64,000 nucleotides of DNA from Azolla caroliniana (GCA_043228905.1 JBHGNT010000003.1:13702001-13766000), one strand, 5' to 3'. Numbered from the stretch's first letter, positions 38,091 to 51,387 are shown. Numbers and translations: made by a program. Notes: a model not told the origin generated them from the letters alone.

Positions 38091-40920
38091 TATGGCAAAA
38101 CTCAAACCCATGACCTTATGCTACATGGGTCGAGCTCTTGACCAGTAGACTATACATTGTAATACGTAGAATATTATTTTCATTTATATTTTATTATAGA
38201 AATTGATGTATATTCCAGATTTCTCTAGAACATTCTAGAAACTTCAGGAGTATTCCTGAGAACACTATAAAAGGAGGCACAAGGCATTATTTCGAACCAA
38301 ATCGGTTCAACGCCAGTCTTAAGCCTCCTAGCTACTGTACATTTTCCTCACATAATATATATCTTTTCTTATCGTCACTCTCTCTCTCTCTCTCTTGATC
38401 TCTCTCTCCCTCCCTCTCACTCACTCGTTCCTTCTCTCGAGAGTCCTTCACCTCTCTTAGTACTAATACTTCTTTTAGTACTAATTCCTTCTCTGTCTTA
38501 GTACTGTTCCTGACAATCAAGGCCGATAAAGATTATCTAATCGGGGCCGAAGTGATAGTCGAGACGGATTTCCTACCGATTCTCTGTATGGTTTTCGGAT
38601 GCGTGACTCCGGACCTAGCAATGCTCAGGTGGATCACGTAGATCAAGTCCCTGAATCTGGAGATACGGCACATATCCAAAAAAGACAATGCCATGGCCGA
38701 TATGCTGTCGAGGGCACGGTACGACAACGATGACGACATGGTTTTAAAAGACGAAGAAGTCGACGTGGACTTCTTCGAGTGAGCTCGAATGATGGCAAAT
38801 AAATGAAGGACTCTGGCCCTTAATGAGTTCGACGCTCAAAACAACTACAATGGGGAGTGGCTTCTAATCAGAAGGTTCCTAAGCATGATGGCACTGGATG
38901 CGTCATAGACAAAGGAGGCAGCAGGTCGGATCAGACGGCAAGATATGGAGGCATCCGAAGAAGTGGACCGGCACACCGCTCCAGGTGGTGACAAAGGAGG
39001 GGGAACAGTCGGTGCTCGTGTCAGAGTTCCATGAGAGTCCCTAGTCCGGACACCGGGGAATGTGGGCCACGTTCGAGAAGTTTAAGGAGAAATACCGGTG
39101 GCCTAGCATGTACAAGGACGTGCACCACTTCGTGATGACATGTGAGAGCTGCCAAGTGCATTCTGGAGTCCGGCACCAGGACGAGTTACACCCAACCTAC
39201 CCGCCAGCCATTCACTTTAAGTGGATGGTTGACCTGGTCACAATGCCAATCGGGGTAGGCCAAATGTGGTACCTAGTGCTTGCACGATAAGACCTGACGA
39301 ACCAGGTGGAGGGTCGGGCATTGATGAACAAGAATACTACATCGGTATGTCAGTTCCTAATCGAGGAGGTGATTTCCCGGTACGGGTGTGTAGGAAAGAT
39401 CATAGCCGACTAAGGGGAGTTGGATGCACAAGAAGCCGAAGAGCTATTCGACCGACTAAGGGTCAAGCTTTCCCTCACAATGGCGTACATTCCTGAAGCG
39501 AACGAGAAGGTTGAAAGAGGACACGGTCCGATCCTGAAGGTCATTGTACGCGTGTGCTATGGACGAGTCGATAATTGACCGAGACTACTTCTTTATGCTT
39601 TGTGGACCAACCAAACTACGCACAATTCAGTGACTGGATACATGCCGACCGAACTCATGTTCAGACAGAAGCCGATCATGTCGGTGGAGCGGATGATAGC
39701 CTCCTGGATGGTGGTCGACTGGACGGAGGGAATGAGCCGGGGAGAGTTTCTAGCAGCACGGATCTCACAACTCGACCGTAGGCTGGTTCAACCAAACACA
39801 CCAGCTCCGATCAAAGAAGATTGAGGAAGGCGACTAGGTGTTGGTGTACAATAGCAGCCTCGACAACCAGCACAGGTCGACCAAGAAATTTGTGAAGCAG
39901 TGGTTCGGGCCTTAAATGGCAACGAGCGCCAACGACAACGTGACATACAATCTAGTCGAGCTCAACCAACGATGATTGTGGTGTCAATTGCGGGGAAGCA
40001 GATAAAGGACTTCAAGAAGCTACATGAAGCCGGAAGCACGGAGGAAAACGAGGAGCTAGATGACGACCCGATCTGGGACGGATCAGAGGTGGATGGGTAA
40101 GGAAGGACTAGAATCTCCATGCTTCACTAGATCGGCACATACCGGAGGATGTGCGGTACGGTGGTGGTGGATGTCGTGGGGGATTCCGGCTATGAGGAGA
40201 AAAGGAGCCGGATGCGCGTGAACAGGGATGTGCGCGGATGCACATGAAATTACTAATACTCTAGGACTAGTAAGTACTTGGTAGTGTGACTTGGATGGGT
40301 ACTTTAATGTCCCATGGTAGTAAGGAATAAAATATATGATGTGAGAGAGAATTAAGAGGGGGAATCACTGACAGAAACAGATGTCATTAAGCGTGATGTA
40401 ACGGCCTCCCCTTGTTCTATAAAAGGGGAGGTTTTGAACTATGGGGAGGGATCCACGATTTGGGAGACCAAAGTGTTGCCGAACCAAGCTCTATAGGCTT
40501 CCTTCCTCTTCTCAGTTTTCCAGTTTCCTATTGTGGTGTTGTGAGTCCTCCGTTTCGCACTAGTAGCCTGTGTGCTCCCGACTGGAGGCTCACCAGTGTC
40601 TGCGTGAGTGTGTGTGTGTGTAGTGAGCTCGAAGCTCATTTTCCGGTCACACCCGGTTGTAATCTCTTCTGTTTCTGTGTTAATAATTAGTATTCGCTAA
40701 GTCTTTCTTTGTGTTCGGGCATTCCCGAGTAGTCTATGTTCCATTCCTATCGGCGTGTGCATATCGGAGGTGAGTGAGCTTGTGAACTCATTGATGCTAC
40801 TCGGCGACCGATCTGGGACAGTATACGTATCTAGGCCCGTGGGGTCACTGTCCGGTTCCTTGGTTCGAGACCCCGACGTTCCCGCCCCGTTTCAACGCAT
40901 ACTCGCGGAAAACCCGAAGT

Positions 40921-43900
40921 CTGCACTCTCTTCATTATGAGACGGTATGGCAACCCCTAGAGCTCATTCACACATATATATGTGGGCCTATGCCTGATGA
41001 TCACTAGGTGGATCCCGGTACTTCATCACATTTGTAGATGACTGTACACGGAAAGGGCGGGCCTACTCAATTAGGTCCAAAGACGAAGCGCTCGAGGTCT
41101 TCACTCAGTGGACAACTAAAGTAGAGAATCGGTCATCATACAGAATGAAGACACTCGGATTTGACAATGGAGGGGAATGCACTTCCCGAGCCTTCAAATA
41201 ATACCTATCTTACAAGGGGATCCGGCACCAAAAGACCGTTCCATACACACCCATGCAAAATGGAGTGGATGAACGGATCAACTAAGTGATCCAGGAGAGG
41301 GTGACGACAATGTTCCACCAAGCCATACTAAATCTAGAGTTCTAGGCCGAAGCATTGCAAACGACAGTATATCTAATCAATCTATCATTGTCAAAAGCAA
41401 ACAAGCTCGAACTGCCACATGCACTATGGTCAGGCAGACAACCGACCTATGACAGACTTCGTATATTTAGATCCGAAGCCAACGCATTCATCCCAAGGGA
41501 GAAGAAAACTAGGTTGGTACCCCATGCAACGAAATGCATATTTCTCAGTTATGGAACCGATGGGGAATTCACTACAGGGTATGGGACCAGAGAACCGGAA
41601 ATTGATCCGGAGCAGTGATGTAGTCTTCAATGAAGACTCTATCCTCTCTGAGCGGAACCAGTAGAAAATAGTGGGCAAAAAGGTCTCTTTTGAAATTGAC
41701 AGAGAAGTCATAGAAAGACCTAGCAATGGGCACGGTTCGGTTTCGGTTAAACCGAACCGTTTATATAAAACTAAACCAAACCAAACCATTTACAGAAAAG
41801 TTGAAACCAAACCGAACCATTGAATAAAAAATTTTAACCGAACCATTTAAATCAAACTAATTAAACATCTAAATAAATAAAAACACATTAAATTAAATAA
41901 GCATTTAAGTTAAATTTATTAAATCAATAAAAGAAACTTTAATTGAACCACTAAATTAAATAAACATTTAAGTTTAATTAATTAATTAATTAATTAAGCA
42001 TTAATTAAACCATGAAATTAATCAACTATTAAAGTAAAAAAAAATTTAACCAAAAACCTATAAACCCGATTTTTAGAACCAAACCAATCTGAAACCGAAC
42101 CGTTTATCGAAAATCCAAACCATTAAACTTTTTTGGAACCAATAAATCATTAAAACATGGCTTAACGGTTTGGTTTTGTTTGAGCCGAAACCTGCCCATT
42201 GCTAGAAAGACCAACCCACCGGGCCGAATCGGAGATTTGAAAAATAGTCAAACTCAACCGAGCCAACACCACCCTTGCTGACCCCGAATCGGCAATAGGT
42301 CCATTAATCGAAATTCTTTCAACTAAGAGATTGAGAAAAGTCGACAACGTACAAGTCGAAAACAACAACGTGGATAGAAACAGAGTCAATTCGACTACCA
42401 CACCCAAAAAGGCTAAGGGGCGAAGTCGACCCGACTCGGCCAAGCCTTCCACTTCTAAGTCAATCAATCCTGAAACAGAGGAGGACTCGACATCGCCGAG
42501 ATCCTATCGCAAGGGCGAGTCATCCAACAGGACTCTTGAAGACGGTCAAACCAATACTGATTGGTCGATCGGGTCGACTAAAGAAATTGAATAGACAACA
42601 TCGACACCCAAGAGATCCGAATGAGTCAGAAGGCCTATAGAGTTTTATCAACCAAGCCTCGACTATGTCAACTACATTTATGCAGGCGAACCAAGCACAT
42701 ACGAAGACGTTGGAGCTACATCAAATGCCGACATGTGGCTACAAGCCATGAGATCCGAGATAGACTCGATCCATCAGAACAATACATGGGAGTTGGTCGA
42801 ACTACCAACTGGAAGAAAGTCATTGCCCTACAAATGGGTATTCAGATAAAATATGTATGTGATTTGAAAATGCCCAAATACAAAGCTCGGCTCGTCGTGA
42901 AGGGGTTCAAACAGGAACATGGGGTCGACTATGACGAGATATTCTCACCAGTAGTCAAGATGACCACCCTTCGGCTCCTGTTGTGGCAATAGAGGACCTA
43001 GAGCTTGAGCAGCTAGACGTCAAGACGACTTTCCTACATGGAGATCTGGAAAAAGACATTTACATGTCTCAACCAGCAGGCTTCACGACGACAGGGGAGG
43101 AAAGTCACCTCGTACGTCGATTGAAGAAAACCCTTTATGGCTTAAAACAAGCGTCGAGGATGTAGTACCAAAAGTTCCACTCCTACATCAGGCAACTTGG
43201 ATACTATCGATCTGACTCTGACCCATGTATGTATACTCGGCAATTGGCCGACGAGTCCCAAATCTATCTTATCCTATATGTTGACGACGTGTTGATTGCA
43301 GGAAGCAGTCAAACCGAAATTGGAAAGTTAAAGCAAAGTCTTCACGAAAATTTTGTGATGAAGGAACTCGGACAAGCCCGACACATACTGTCCATGAGGA
43401 CAGAGCGAAATCGGAAAGAAAAGACTCCTCGACTGTCCCAATCCGACTATATTCGCAAAGTGCTGAAGCGCTTCAACGTGGAGAACGCAAAGCCAACATC
43501 AACACTGCTTTTGATGTCAATCCAACTATTAGGCAGAAACTCTCCTTCGACGGACAAGGAGAGAGATCTAAATGGAAAGATACCCTACGCATCGGTCGTA
43601 GGAAGTATCATTTACACGATGGTGGTGACCCGACCTGATCTTGCCTATGTCGTAGGGGGTCGTCAGCCGGTACATGTCAAATCCAGGACGGAAGCATTGG
43701 GAGGCCATCAAGCACATCCTTAGGTACCTAAGAGGGACTAAAGATGCACAACTCACTTTCGGATTGGTAAATTTGACCGAAGTCGAAGGCTACACCAACT
43801 CCAACTACGCCAGGAATTCAGACAATCGGAAGTCGACATCAGACTACATCTTCACCTATGGTAGCGGTGCCATATCATGGAGGTTGAAACTTCAAGAGTG

Positions 43901-44740
43901 CACGGACTTGTCTACCATAGAGGCAGAGTAGATAGCAACATCAGAGGCAGTGAAGGAAGCGATCTGGCTGCACATACTGATTGTAGACTTTTCGGCTACA
44001 AGCAGAATTGACCGACCAGCGCTAACCATCTATTGCGACTCACAAAGCACAATACACCTCATCAACAACCCGGTCTATCATGCCAAGACGAAACATATTG
44101 AGGTGCCGTATCATCACATCTGGGATCTAGCAACTAAAAAGAAGCTAAAAGTCCGGAAGATTGACACCGAGGTGAACATCGCCGATTGCCTAAGGAAGCC
44201 ACTCCCAGATCAATGCTTCAGAGCACTGAGGACAAAGATGGGACTATGACAAGCAACCGAGAAGAAGAAACCGAACAAGGAGCAGAAGGTAAGTTGATCT
44301 GACCGACTTAGACAAGCCGACATGGATGACCAGCCAAATCAACCTAGATGCCAACTTTACCTTTGCCGACTCGGTTATATGCCAACTAGCTTGTAACCAT
44401 AACTATAGATTAAAATGTAATCTAGGTTTACGGGGGAGATAACCCCATACAATTATATGTAGAGAGAGTAATCCTTTTACGGGGGAGTTTGTTGGCATAA
44501 AAGGCCAACTCCTTCCACTTTGTATCCTACCATGAACATGTCCAAATATTTAGGGCTTAATATATAAGCTCTAACCTAACACCGTAACGAAAGAAATAAT
44601 CTTGTATCTTGAGTCTTGTAGAGAGAGAGTTGTAGAATAACATGAACTTCCATTGAAGCTTCAATCTCTGTTGATCTACCATTTCTTCTTGTGTTGCATA
44701 CATGTGTTGTCTATTGTTCATAAACTAATAGGTCCTCACA
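40921..44740 (+). mobile_element. Decayed copia H (integrase, RT, RNase H to 44249; PPT; LTR from 44490, end uncertain)
   Basis: PLELIHT...[47 protein letters not shown]; GGGGGAGTT|TGTTGGC junction. Confidence 0.85.
41721..42204. mobile_element. hAT-type MITE
   Basis: 12-bp perfect TIR TAGCAATGGGCA...TGCCCATTGCTA, 8-bp TSD GAAAGACC, subterminal AAACC(G) repeats, AT-rich core. Confidence 0.93.
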
Positions 44741-46402
44741 TGTTCATCCGCGCATATCTGTCCACATATAATCGGCACAAAATTGTGATCGACGTCTCAA
44801 AATCGGCATTGGAATCAAATTGACATATTCGTATCTAACTCGTCTAAGTCAAGCGACTATAGTCTCTTCAGAGAGAGTCAGCCAATAATCGAAACCGATT
44901 AGACTCGTGTCCAAATCTGACTACAACGATATCGGGTAAGCCACTCAGCTGCACCTCACCACTATTCGTAGTCAATTCCTAACAGATTCTAACAAGCCGG
45001 CACATATGGCATCACCATCTAACTCATCAGAGATCAATCTAAGGAAGTTCGACAGATCGAACTTCAACTTTTGGAAACAGCAGATGCAAGACTATATGAT
45101 AGTCAAGGGTCAAATAGATCCAATCGAGCCAGAAAATCCTCCAGAAGGAATCAAGCCAAATAAGTGGACGAAACTCGACAAAATTGTCCAAGCCACCATT
45201 CGGATGCACTTGTTAGAGTCAATGTACTTCACAGTGCAATCATGTTCGCCAGCCTTTCACTTGTGGAAGACACTCTCGATCACTTATGAGAAGAAGGTAG
45301 CTACCACAAAGATACATCTGATTCGGTGCCTTTACAACCTTCTAATGAAAGAATCTTATTCAGTCCAAGCACACCTCAATGAGTACAAAAGCCTAAGTTC
45401 CCAAATTTCAGCTCAAGGGACGACTATTGAAGATGAATTGAAAGCAATGTTATTCATGAGTAGTCTCCCTCCATCGTGGGAAACTTTCGTCACAATTGTG
45501 TGCAATGCGTCGATTGCTGCCGTTAAGTACTCCCCAATCACGAGCACAATTCTACCTGAAGCAGCTCAAAGGAAATTGTTTGCAAATGATTCAGCCAATG
45601 ACGCTTATGTAGTACAAGGTTCGATCGACCAATTGAACAGTCGAGGAAGAAGTTATTCTCGATAGTCGAACAATCAGCGAAGTTGTAGCAAGTTCAAAGA
45701 CAATCCAATTTGCAACTATTACAAGAAACTTGGGCACATCAAAGCCGATTTCCGTGCACTCAAAGCTAATAACAATCAAGCTCAACGAGCTGATCAGAAG
45801 ACTAGTCAGTAAGAGGAGGTCAATTACGTCGGCTCTTCAGCCGAAGTATTATCGAACGACCCGAACATAGTATCCATTGAAAACCCAATCGAATTAGAAG
45901 TTCTGCTTAGGACTGAGGAATCGAGCACATGCCTCTTGGATTCTGGTGCGTTCTACCATGTGACCCCTCACAGATCCCAGTTTGAGCAATATTCAGCCCA
46001 ACAATCCAACTCAGTACGAATCGGATATTCGCAACACTATGCTATTATCAGAATCGACATTGTAGAACTCAATCTCCCAGGTGGTTCTACATTAATACTA
46101 CACAATGTCTTACATGTACCTGATCTCTAAGGACCTTTGATCTCAGTCAGACAATTGGACGAAGACAGCATCAGTGCCGGCTTCTCATTAGCAGGGTGGA
46201 CACTACTTGCTCAAGGACCAAAAGTACATTCTCTATACCCGTTGTACGTCACACTCAAAGAGGGTGACTTGTTCTTGGTTAATATTCCTCTGTCATCACT
46301 ATGGCATGGACGACTTGGATACCTCAGCAAGGCCTGCATAACACATTTATCTAGAGTAGAATACATCCCCAAACTCTCATTCTCCGACATCAATTTTGCG
46401 AG

Positions 46403-49400
46403 TGTGAAAGTGTTTTTTGAATTCAAACCATTGAACACTAGATGGATATAAAGTATGGATAATTCACATTTGGAGGATAAGAACACGAACTAAGAGCTTA
46501 GGGAAGAAGTCAAAAGTAAAAGTACGAGACCAAGAGAAAAGTAAAAAGAGAAAACGCAGACTATAAAAAACAGTAAAAATAGAATGGTCATAACTCCCTC
46601 GTTGTTTATCCAAATATCACGTTTAAATATGGATTAGAAAGCTTGTAAAAAGAGCTTTCTATAGCTTTTTAAATCGCTTAATTTGGATATCGGATGAGGG
46701 AGATATGACGATTAGAAGGTCGATGTGTCATAGCTAAAAATAGGGAGATAAAAAGCTTCTAAAAATAGCATGAACGTGGATAAGAAGAGGAAGGTTATAA
46801 AAGAAGAAGTGATATTAGTGAGAAGGGGGGCTAAGAGTGAAGGCTAAGAGTGAGGGCGAAGAGTGAAGGTCAAAGAGTGGATGAGGAGTGTTAGGAAGAA
46901 GTGTCTTTGTGGAAGAGGAAGTATCTTAGAAGAGGAAGGTCTTTGGTTTTAGTTCAATGTGGAGTTTGTCTCCTTTGTATTCTCTTGATGTTGGAATATC
47001 AGAACATTCTTATTTCTTGCTCGCTTTCTCTATCTTTTTTCTTAGTTTCTTGAGTTATACTCTCTAATCATAATTACCTAGAGCTATATAATATATTATG
47101 ATTTTCAACTCCATCTAATCGGTTTGGTCAAGCCCTCATATAGTGTATAACTATCTATTATCTTATACACCCTATCATTTTTGGCGCTCCAGGGAGGGCG
47201 GATCCTTTCCGTATAGGAAGAGAAGTTATCATTTAATTGTGTAACTATATTACATTAACTTAGCTATGCAATTTGCATTTTCGGGTGAAAGAACACAAGA
47301 TGCTGGTGCCTTTTTGGCATGCTTTGAGCATCATGCCATATCTATTGGACGCATCACCGACAACGAAAAGTTGCCCTTGTTGGTAGCTACATTCTATGGT
47401 CAAGCTCGAGATTGGTATGACTCTCTTCCTCCAAACCAACAGGGAGCATATCAATTGTTGGTGCACCAGTTTCGTGCCAAATATATTCAACGACGAAGTG
47501 CAACCGAAGTAAGGGAAGAGCTATTTCGACTAAAGATGGAATCACCTTTTGGTTTTTTAGAGTATGAACGAAATTTCCAAGAATTGTGGACGACGTGGAT
47601 TCGTCTTCGTGGTGGCACCGAAGACGAGTGGTTTAAGATAGAACAATTTAAGGTGGGCCTTGATATGCATTTCCGTTTGGAGGCAAGCTTGAAGGATCCA
47701 ACGACTTTTCAAGCTCTTCTCCAAGTTTGTCAAGATTATGATCGACAAGTGAAGATGATGAGTTCCATGAGGGATCCCCAAATGACGGCTTTGGGTGCAA
47801 ATTTGATGCCTCGTGCCAACTTTCAAGCCTCATCTTCAATTGTGCATGGGGGACAAGTGTTTCCAAATGTGTATACCACCACAACAATAAACCCAACAAG
47901 TATATCCCAAGAAGTTGAACAAGTGAGGAGTGAACAAGATACCATGGCATTGGTAAATCGGCGCTTTGATGAAGTGATGACCCACTTGCGACAATCCCAA
48001 GCAATTCACAACACTATTCCCGATGGTGGTGGCTCTAGAGGGCATCACGGTGTAATTTGTTATTCTTGTCAAGAGGAGGGACACATCTCAACAAGATGTC
48101 CTCATCGACAACAAAGAGGCATGGGAAGAGGCATTTATCAAGTGCAAAGGAATGGACAAAGACCTAACAACAATGAAGTCGAAGGAAACGTAACACTCCC
48201 TATGGCTCAGGTTCCTACAATTCCTCATAATGTGAATCTTCTTAATTTTATTGATGATAGTGATAATTCTTTTGAAGTAGCTCCTGTGAAAAGGACAAGG
48301 TCCTCGCAAAAGGAGAAAGAAGTTGAAGGAGAATCTAGTGCCTCAAGACAAAAGAAGAAGTCTAAGGAGAATGAGAAAGAGGAAAAATTGAGAAGGAGAC
48401 ACTCTAGAAGAAAGATCAAGATGGAGGACATTCCTATGGGTGAAGGTGTAGAAGCTTTCAATTTGAAGCATGAGTTGATTTCAAGTGGACCAAGGATAAC
48501 ATGGCCGCAACTTCTCCAATTATCTCCCACATTACGAAAGGAGTGGGGGCGACTTGCAAGTATTCGCCAAAGTCAGAAGACGGTGCATTATGTGGGAATC
48601 GTGCGAGTAGAAGATCGAAAGGACATACGACCCACCATCCCCGTCTCCATCAAAGGGTTTCACATCAAAGATGCGTTGGTTGATAGTGGTGCTAGGGTAA
48701 GCTTGATTTCTGAATTTGTAGTAAACAAAGTAGGAATTCCTATTAGTAGGTCATCTTCAACAAGGGTGGTTGTAGTAGATAGTGGAGTGGTGCATTGCAC
48801 AAACATAGTGGAGGATGTGTTCATCAAGTGTTTTGGAATAAGAGGAGAAGCTTGCAACAAATACCACATCAACTTGAAGGAAAGTGTATCAATTTCCCCA
48901 AAGCTTCGGCAATTGAGTGTTGAACAAAAGGAAGAATTTATGCAAGAGTTCAACGCATGGTTACAAGAAAGTTCCAATTATAAGATGGAAGATTTGAGGT
49001 GTGTGTCACCTATAGTTTTGGTTCCAAAGAAGAATGAGATCAATTTCAAACCCTTGAATGATTCGACCAAACGAGATGAATTTTCACTTCCTTCTCGAGA
49101 TGAGATTGTCGATAAAATGGTTGTTTATACAAAACAAGGTAGTGTGGAAAATATGTTGTGCCAAAAAGGATTTCATGTGGATGATTCAAAGATTAACATA
49201 ATTACAAAGATGACAATTCCGACAAGTCCTGAAGCTTTGAAAGTATTTGTGCAAAAGGTGCGCTCGCTCGAAAGATTCATTTATATGTTGACATGCTTAC
49301 TGCTATCAAGAGTGATGTATCCCATGGCCCTACTAGTCTTTGGAGAGTTAACGAAGACATAATGATTGTGGTAACCTCTTTCTTTGTGTTGACAAGGAGA

Positions 49401-50396
49401 AAGATGATGATGGAATTGTCAATGTGTGTGTGGGTGTGTCTAGGAGTGTGAGGTTTTTCCTACCGACTAGCGGGGGTTTTACTCACATAGTTTGTTTCTT
49501 TTTCTTCTCTCCTTCTTTGTCTATAGCCTACCATAAGGCGAAGGAGTTTTTTTTATTCTTTTTATCTTCGGCTCACCATAAATGGTTCGCTCAACAAGCA
49601 AGGGGGGGGGGGGGAGCTAAATGTGAAAGTGTTTTTTGAATTCAAACCATTGAACACTAGATGGATATAAAGTATGGATAATTCACATTTGGAGGATAAG
49701 AACACGAACTAAGAGCTTAGGGAAGAAGTCAAAAGTAAAAGTACGAGACCAAGAGAAAAGTAAAAAGAGAAAACGCAGACTATAAAAAACAGTAAAAATA
49801 GAATGGTCATAACTCCCTCGTTGTTTATCCAAATATCACGTTTAAATATGGATTAGAAAGCTTGTAAAAAGAGCTTTCTATAGCTTTTTAAATCGCTTAA
49901 TTTGGATATCGGATGAGGGAGATATGACGATTAGAAGGTCGATGTGTCATAGCTAAAAATAGGGAGATAAAAAGCTTCTAAAAATAGCATGAACGTGGAT
50001 AAGAAGAGGAAGGTTATAAAAGAAGAAGTGATATTAGTGAGAAGGGGGGCTAAGAGTGAAGGCTAAGAGTGAGGGCGAAGAGTGAAGGTCAAAGAGTGGA
50101 TGAGGAGTGTTAGGAAGAAGTGTCTTTGTGGAAGAGGAAGTATCTTAGAAGAGGAAGGTCTTTGGTTTTAGTTCAATGTGGAGTTTGTCTCCTTTGTATT
50201 CTCTTGATGTTGGAATATCAGAACATTCTTATTTCTTGCTCGCTTTCTCTATCTTTTTTCTTAGTTTCTTGAGTTATACTCTCTAATCATAATTACCTAG
50301 AGCTATATAATATATTATGATTTTCAACTCCATCTAATCGGTTTGGTCAAGCCCTCATATAGTGTATAACTATCTATTATCTTATACACCCTATCA
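46403..50396 (+). mobile_element. Young non-autonomous LTR element N (TR-GAG-like); 775-bp LTRs at 46403-47177 and 49622-50396
   Basis: No LTR differences seen by eye; 5-bp TSD GCGAG; PBS TGGCGCTCCAGGGAGGG at 47182; G-run PPT before 49622. Confidence 0.95.
47266..49362 (+). CDS. 698-aa Gag, zinc knuckle, aspartic protease and remnant RT
   Basis: GQARDWYDSL Gag, CYSCQEEGHISTRC, LVDSGA, and VSPIVLVPKK...FKPLN RT N-terminus lacking the YxDD motif. Confidence 0.9.
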   Translation: MQFAFSGERTQDAGAFLACFEHHAISIGRITDNEKLPLLVATFYGQARDWYDSLPPNQQGAYQLLVHQFRAKYIQRRSATEVREELFRLKMESPFGFLEYERNFQELWTTWIRLRGGTEDEWFKIEQFKVGLDMHFRLEASLKDPTTFQALLQVCQDYDRQVKMMSSMRDPQMTALGANLMPRANFQASSSIVHGGQVFPNVYTTTTINPTSISQEVEQVRSEQDTMALVNRRFDEVMTHLRQSQAIHNTIPDGGGSRGHHGVICYSCQEEGHISTRCPHRQQRGMGRGIYQVQRNGQRPNNNEVEGNVTLPMAQVPTIPHNVNLLNFIDDSDNSFEVAPVKRTRSSQKEKEVEGESSASRQKKKSKENEKEEKLRRRHSRRKIKMEDIPMGEGVEAFNLKHELISSGPRITWPQLLQLSPTLRKEWGRLASIRQSQKTVHYVGIVRVEDRKDIRPTIPVSIKGFHIKDALVDSGARVSLISEFVVNKVGIPISRSSSTRVVVVDSGVVHCTNIVEDVFIKCFGIRGEACNKYHINLKESVSISPKLRQLSVEQKEEFMQEFNAWLQESSNYKMEDLRCVSPIVLVPKKNEINFKPLNDSTKRDEFSLPSRDEIVDKMVVYTKQGSVENMLCQKGFHVDDSKINIITKMTIPTSPEALKVFVQKVRSLERFIYMLTCLLLSRVMYPMALLVFGELTKT

Positions 50397-51387
50397 GCGA
50401 GCATTGCCAATATGGCAAACAAATAGCCGCATCACACCCGACAACACCACTGGGAGAATCGAGTCCACTCAATTTGGTCCACTCATACGTTTGTGGCCCT
50501 ATGCCACATCGGTCTCTCGGCGGTGCCTTGTACTTCGTCAATTTTATCGACAACTCGATTTGAAAGTTGTGGGCTTATCCAATCAAAACCAAAGATCATG
50601 TGTTCTCAATCTTTTCCGAATGGCTCGCTATGGTAGAGAACCAATCTGGTCGAAAGTTGAAATGCCTTCAAACCGACAATGGAGGAGAGTTCAAGTCTAA
50701 AGAATTCATTAGATTTTGCCAATAACGCGGCATCAGACGTGAATACACGGCACCACACAATCTAGAGAAAAACAAAATTGCCGAACGAATGAATCAGACA
50801 ATTCAAGAACATATTGTTTCCATGCTTCAACACTCCGGACTGTCGAATGGCTTCTGGACAGTACACATAATCAATATGTCGTCGAGTAGGCCTCTAGGAC
50901 TTCGAATAGCTCTGGAATTATGGATCAACAATAAGCCGAATTACAACAAGCTGAGCATTTTTGGGTTGTTATTCTCTGACCGGACAAGGCCTAACACAAG
51001 GTGTCACGGAGACACTTCACCAAAGGGTGATTACGGCATAGGATTAAGATTCAACGATTACACCGACTTACGTAGGTTACACGATTAGAGTGCTTTGGTT
51101 AATTACACGCGTAAGATATAACAGTAATTACAGAACGGAAATCAACACAGAAGTATAAACACCATATGCTCTATTAATTATCCGCTGTGATTACAATGGG
51201 GTCCGGGCCTTTAAATAGGTTTCCGGCCCGTAGTACAAAACGGTGCCTATCGCACCTATTCGGGATCCGTCCGGATCTGGAACGGCATATCGTTTCCAGT
51301 CCGTCCGTCCATACTAGGCTTATTTACAACCATACTTAATTAATTCCTTCACTCCGTATTTTGGACTCCTTGCCGGCCGGTAACACA

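Larger units (their letters stand above)
32855..38515 (+). mobile_element. Full-length Tcn1-like chromovirus copy B; 433-bp LTRs at 32855-33287 and 38083-38515
   Basis: TGTCA...TGACA LTRs, 5-bp TSD ATCAA on both sides, PPT AAAGGGGGGATAG. Confidence 0.96.
5720..40918 (+). mobile_element. Decayed Ty3/gypsy host element G in three pieces: 5720-6145 (RT thumb, RNase H start), 32712-32854, and 38521-40918 (RNase H, integrase, PPT, 3' LTR from 40172)
   Basis: The frame rejoins across insertions: VTVDTSPT|GIGWVINQEDE and YAQVKRELWGIVSAI|KADKDYLIGAEVIVETD. Integrase motifs CESCQ and FKWMVDLVTMP; GTGGTGGTGGA|TGTCGTG PPT-LTR junction. Right LTR boundary is approximate. Confidence 0.8.
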
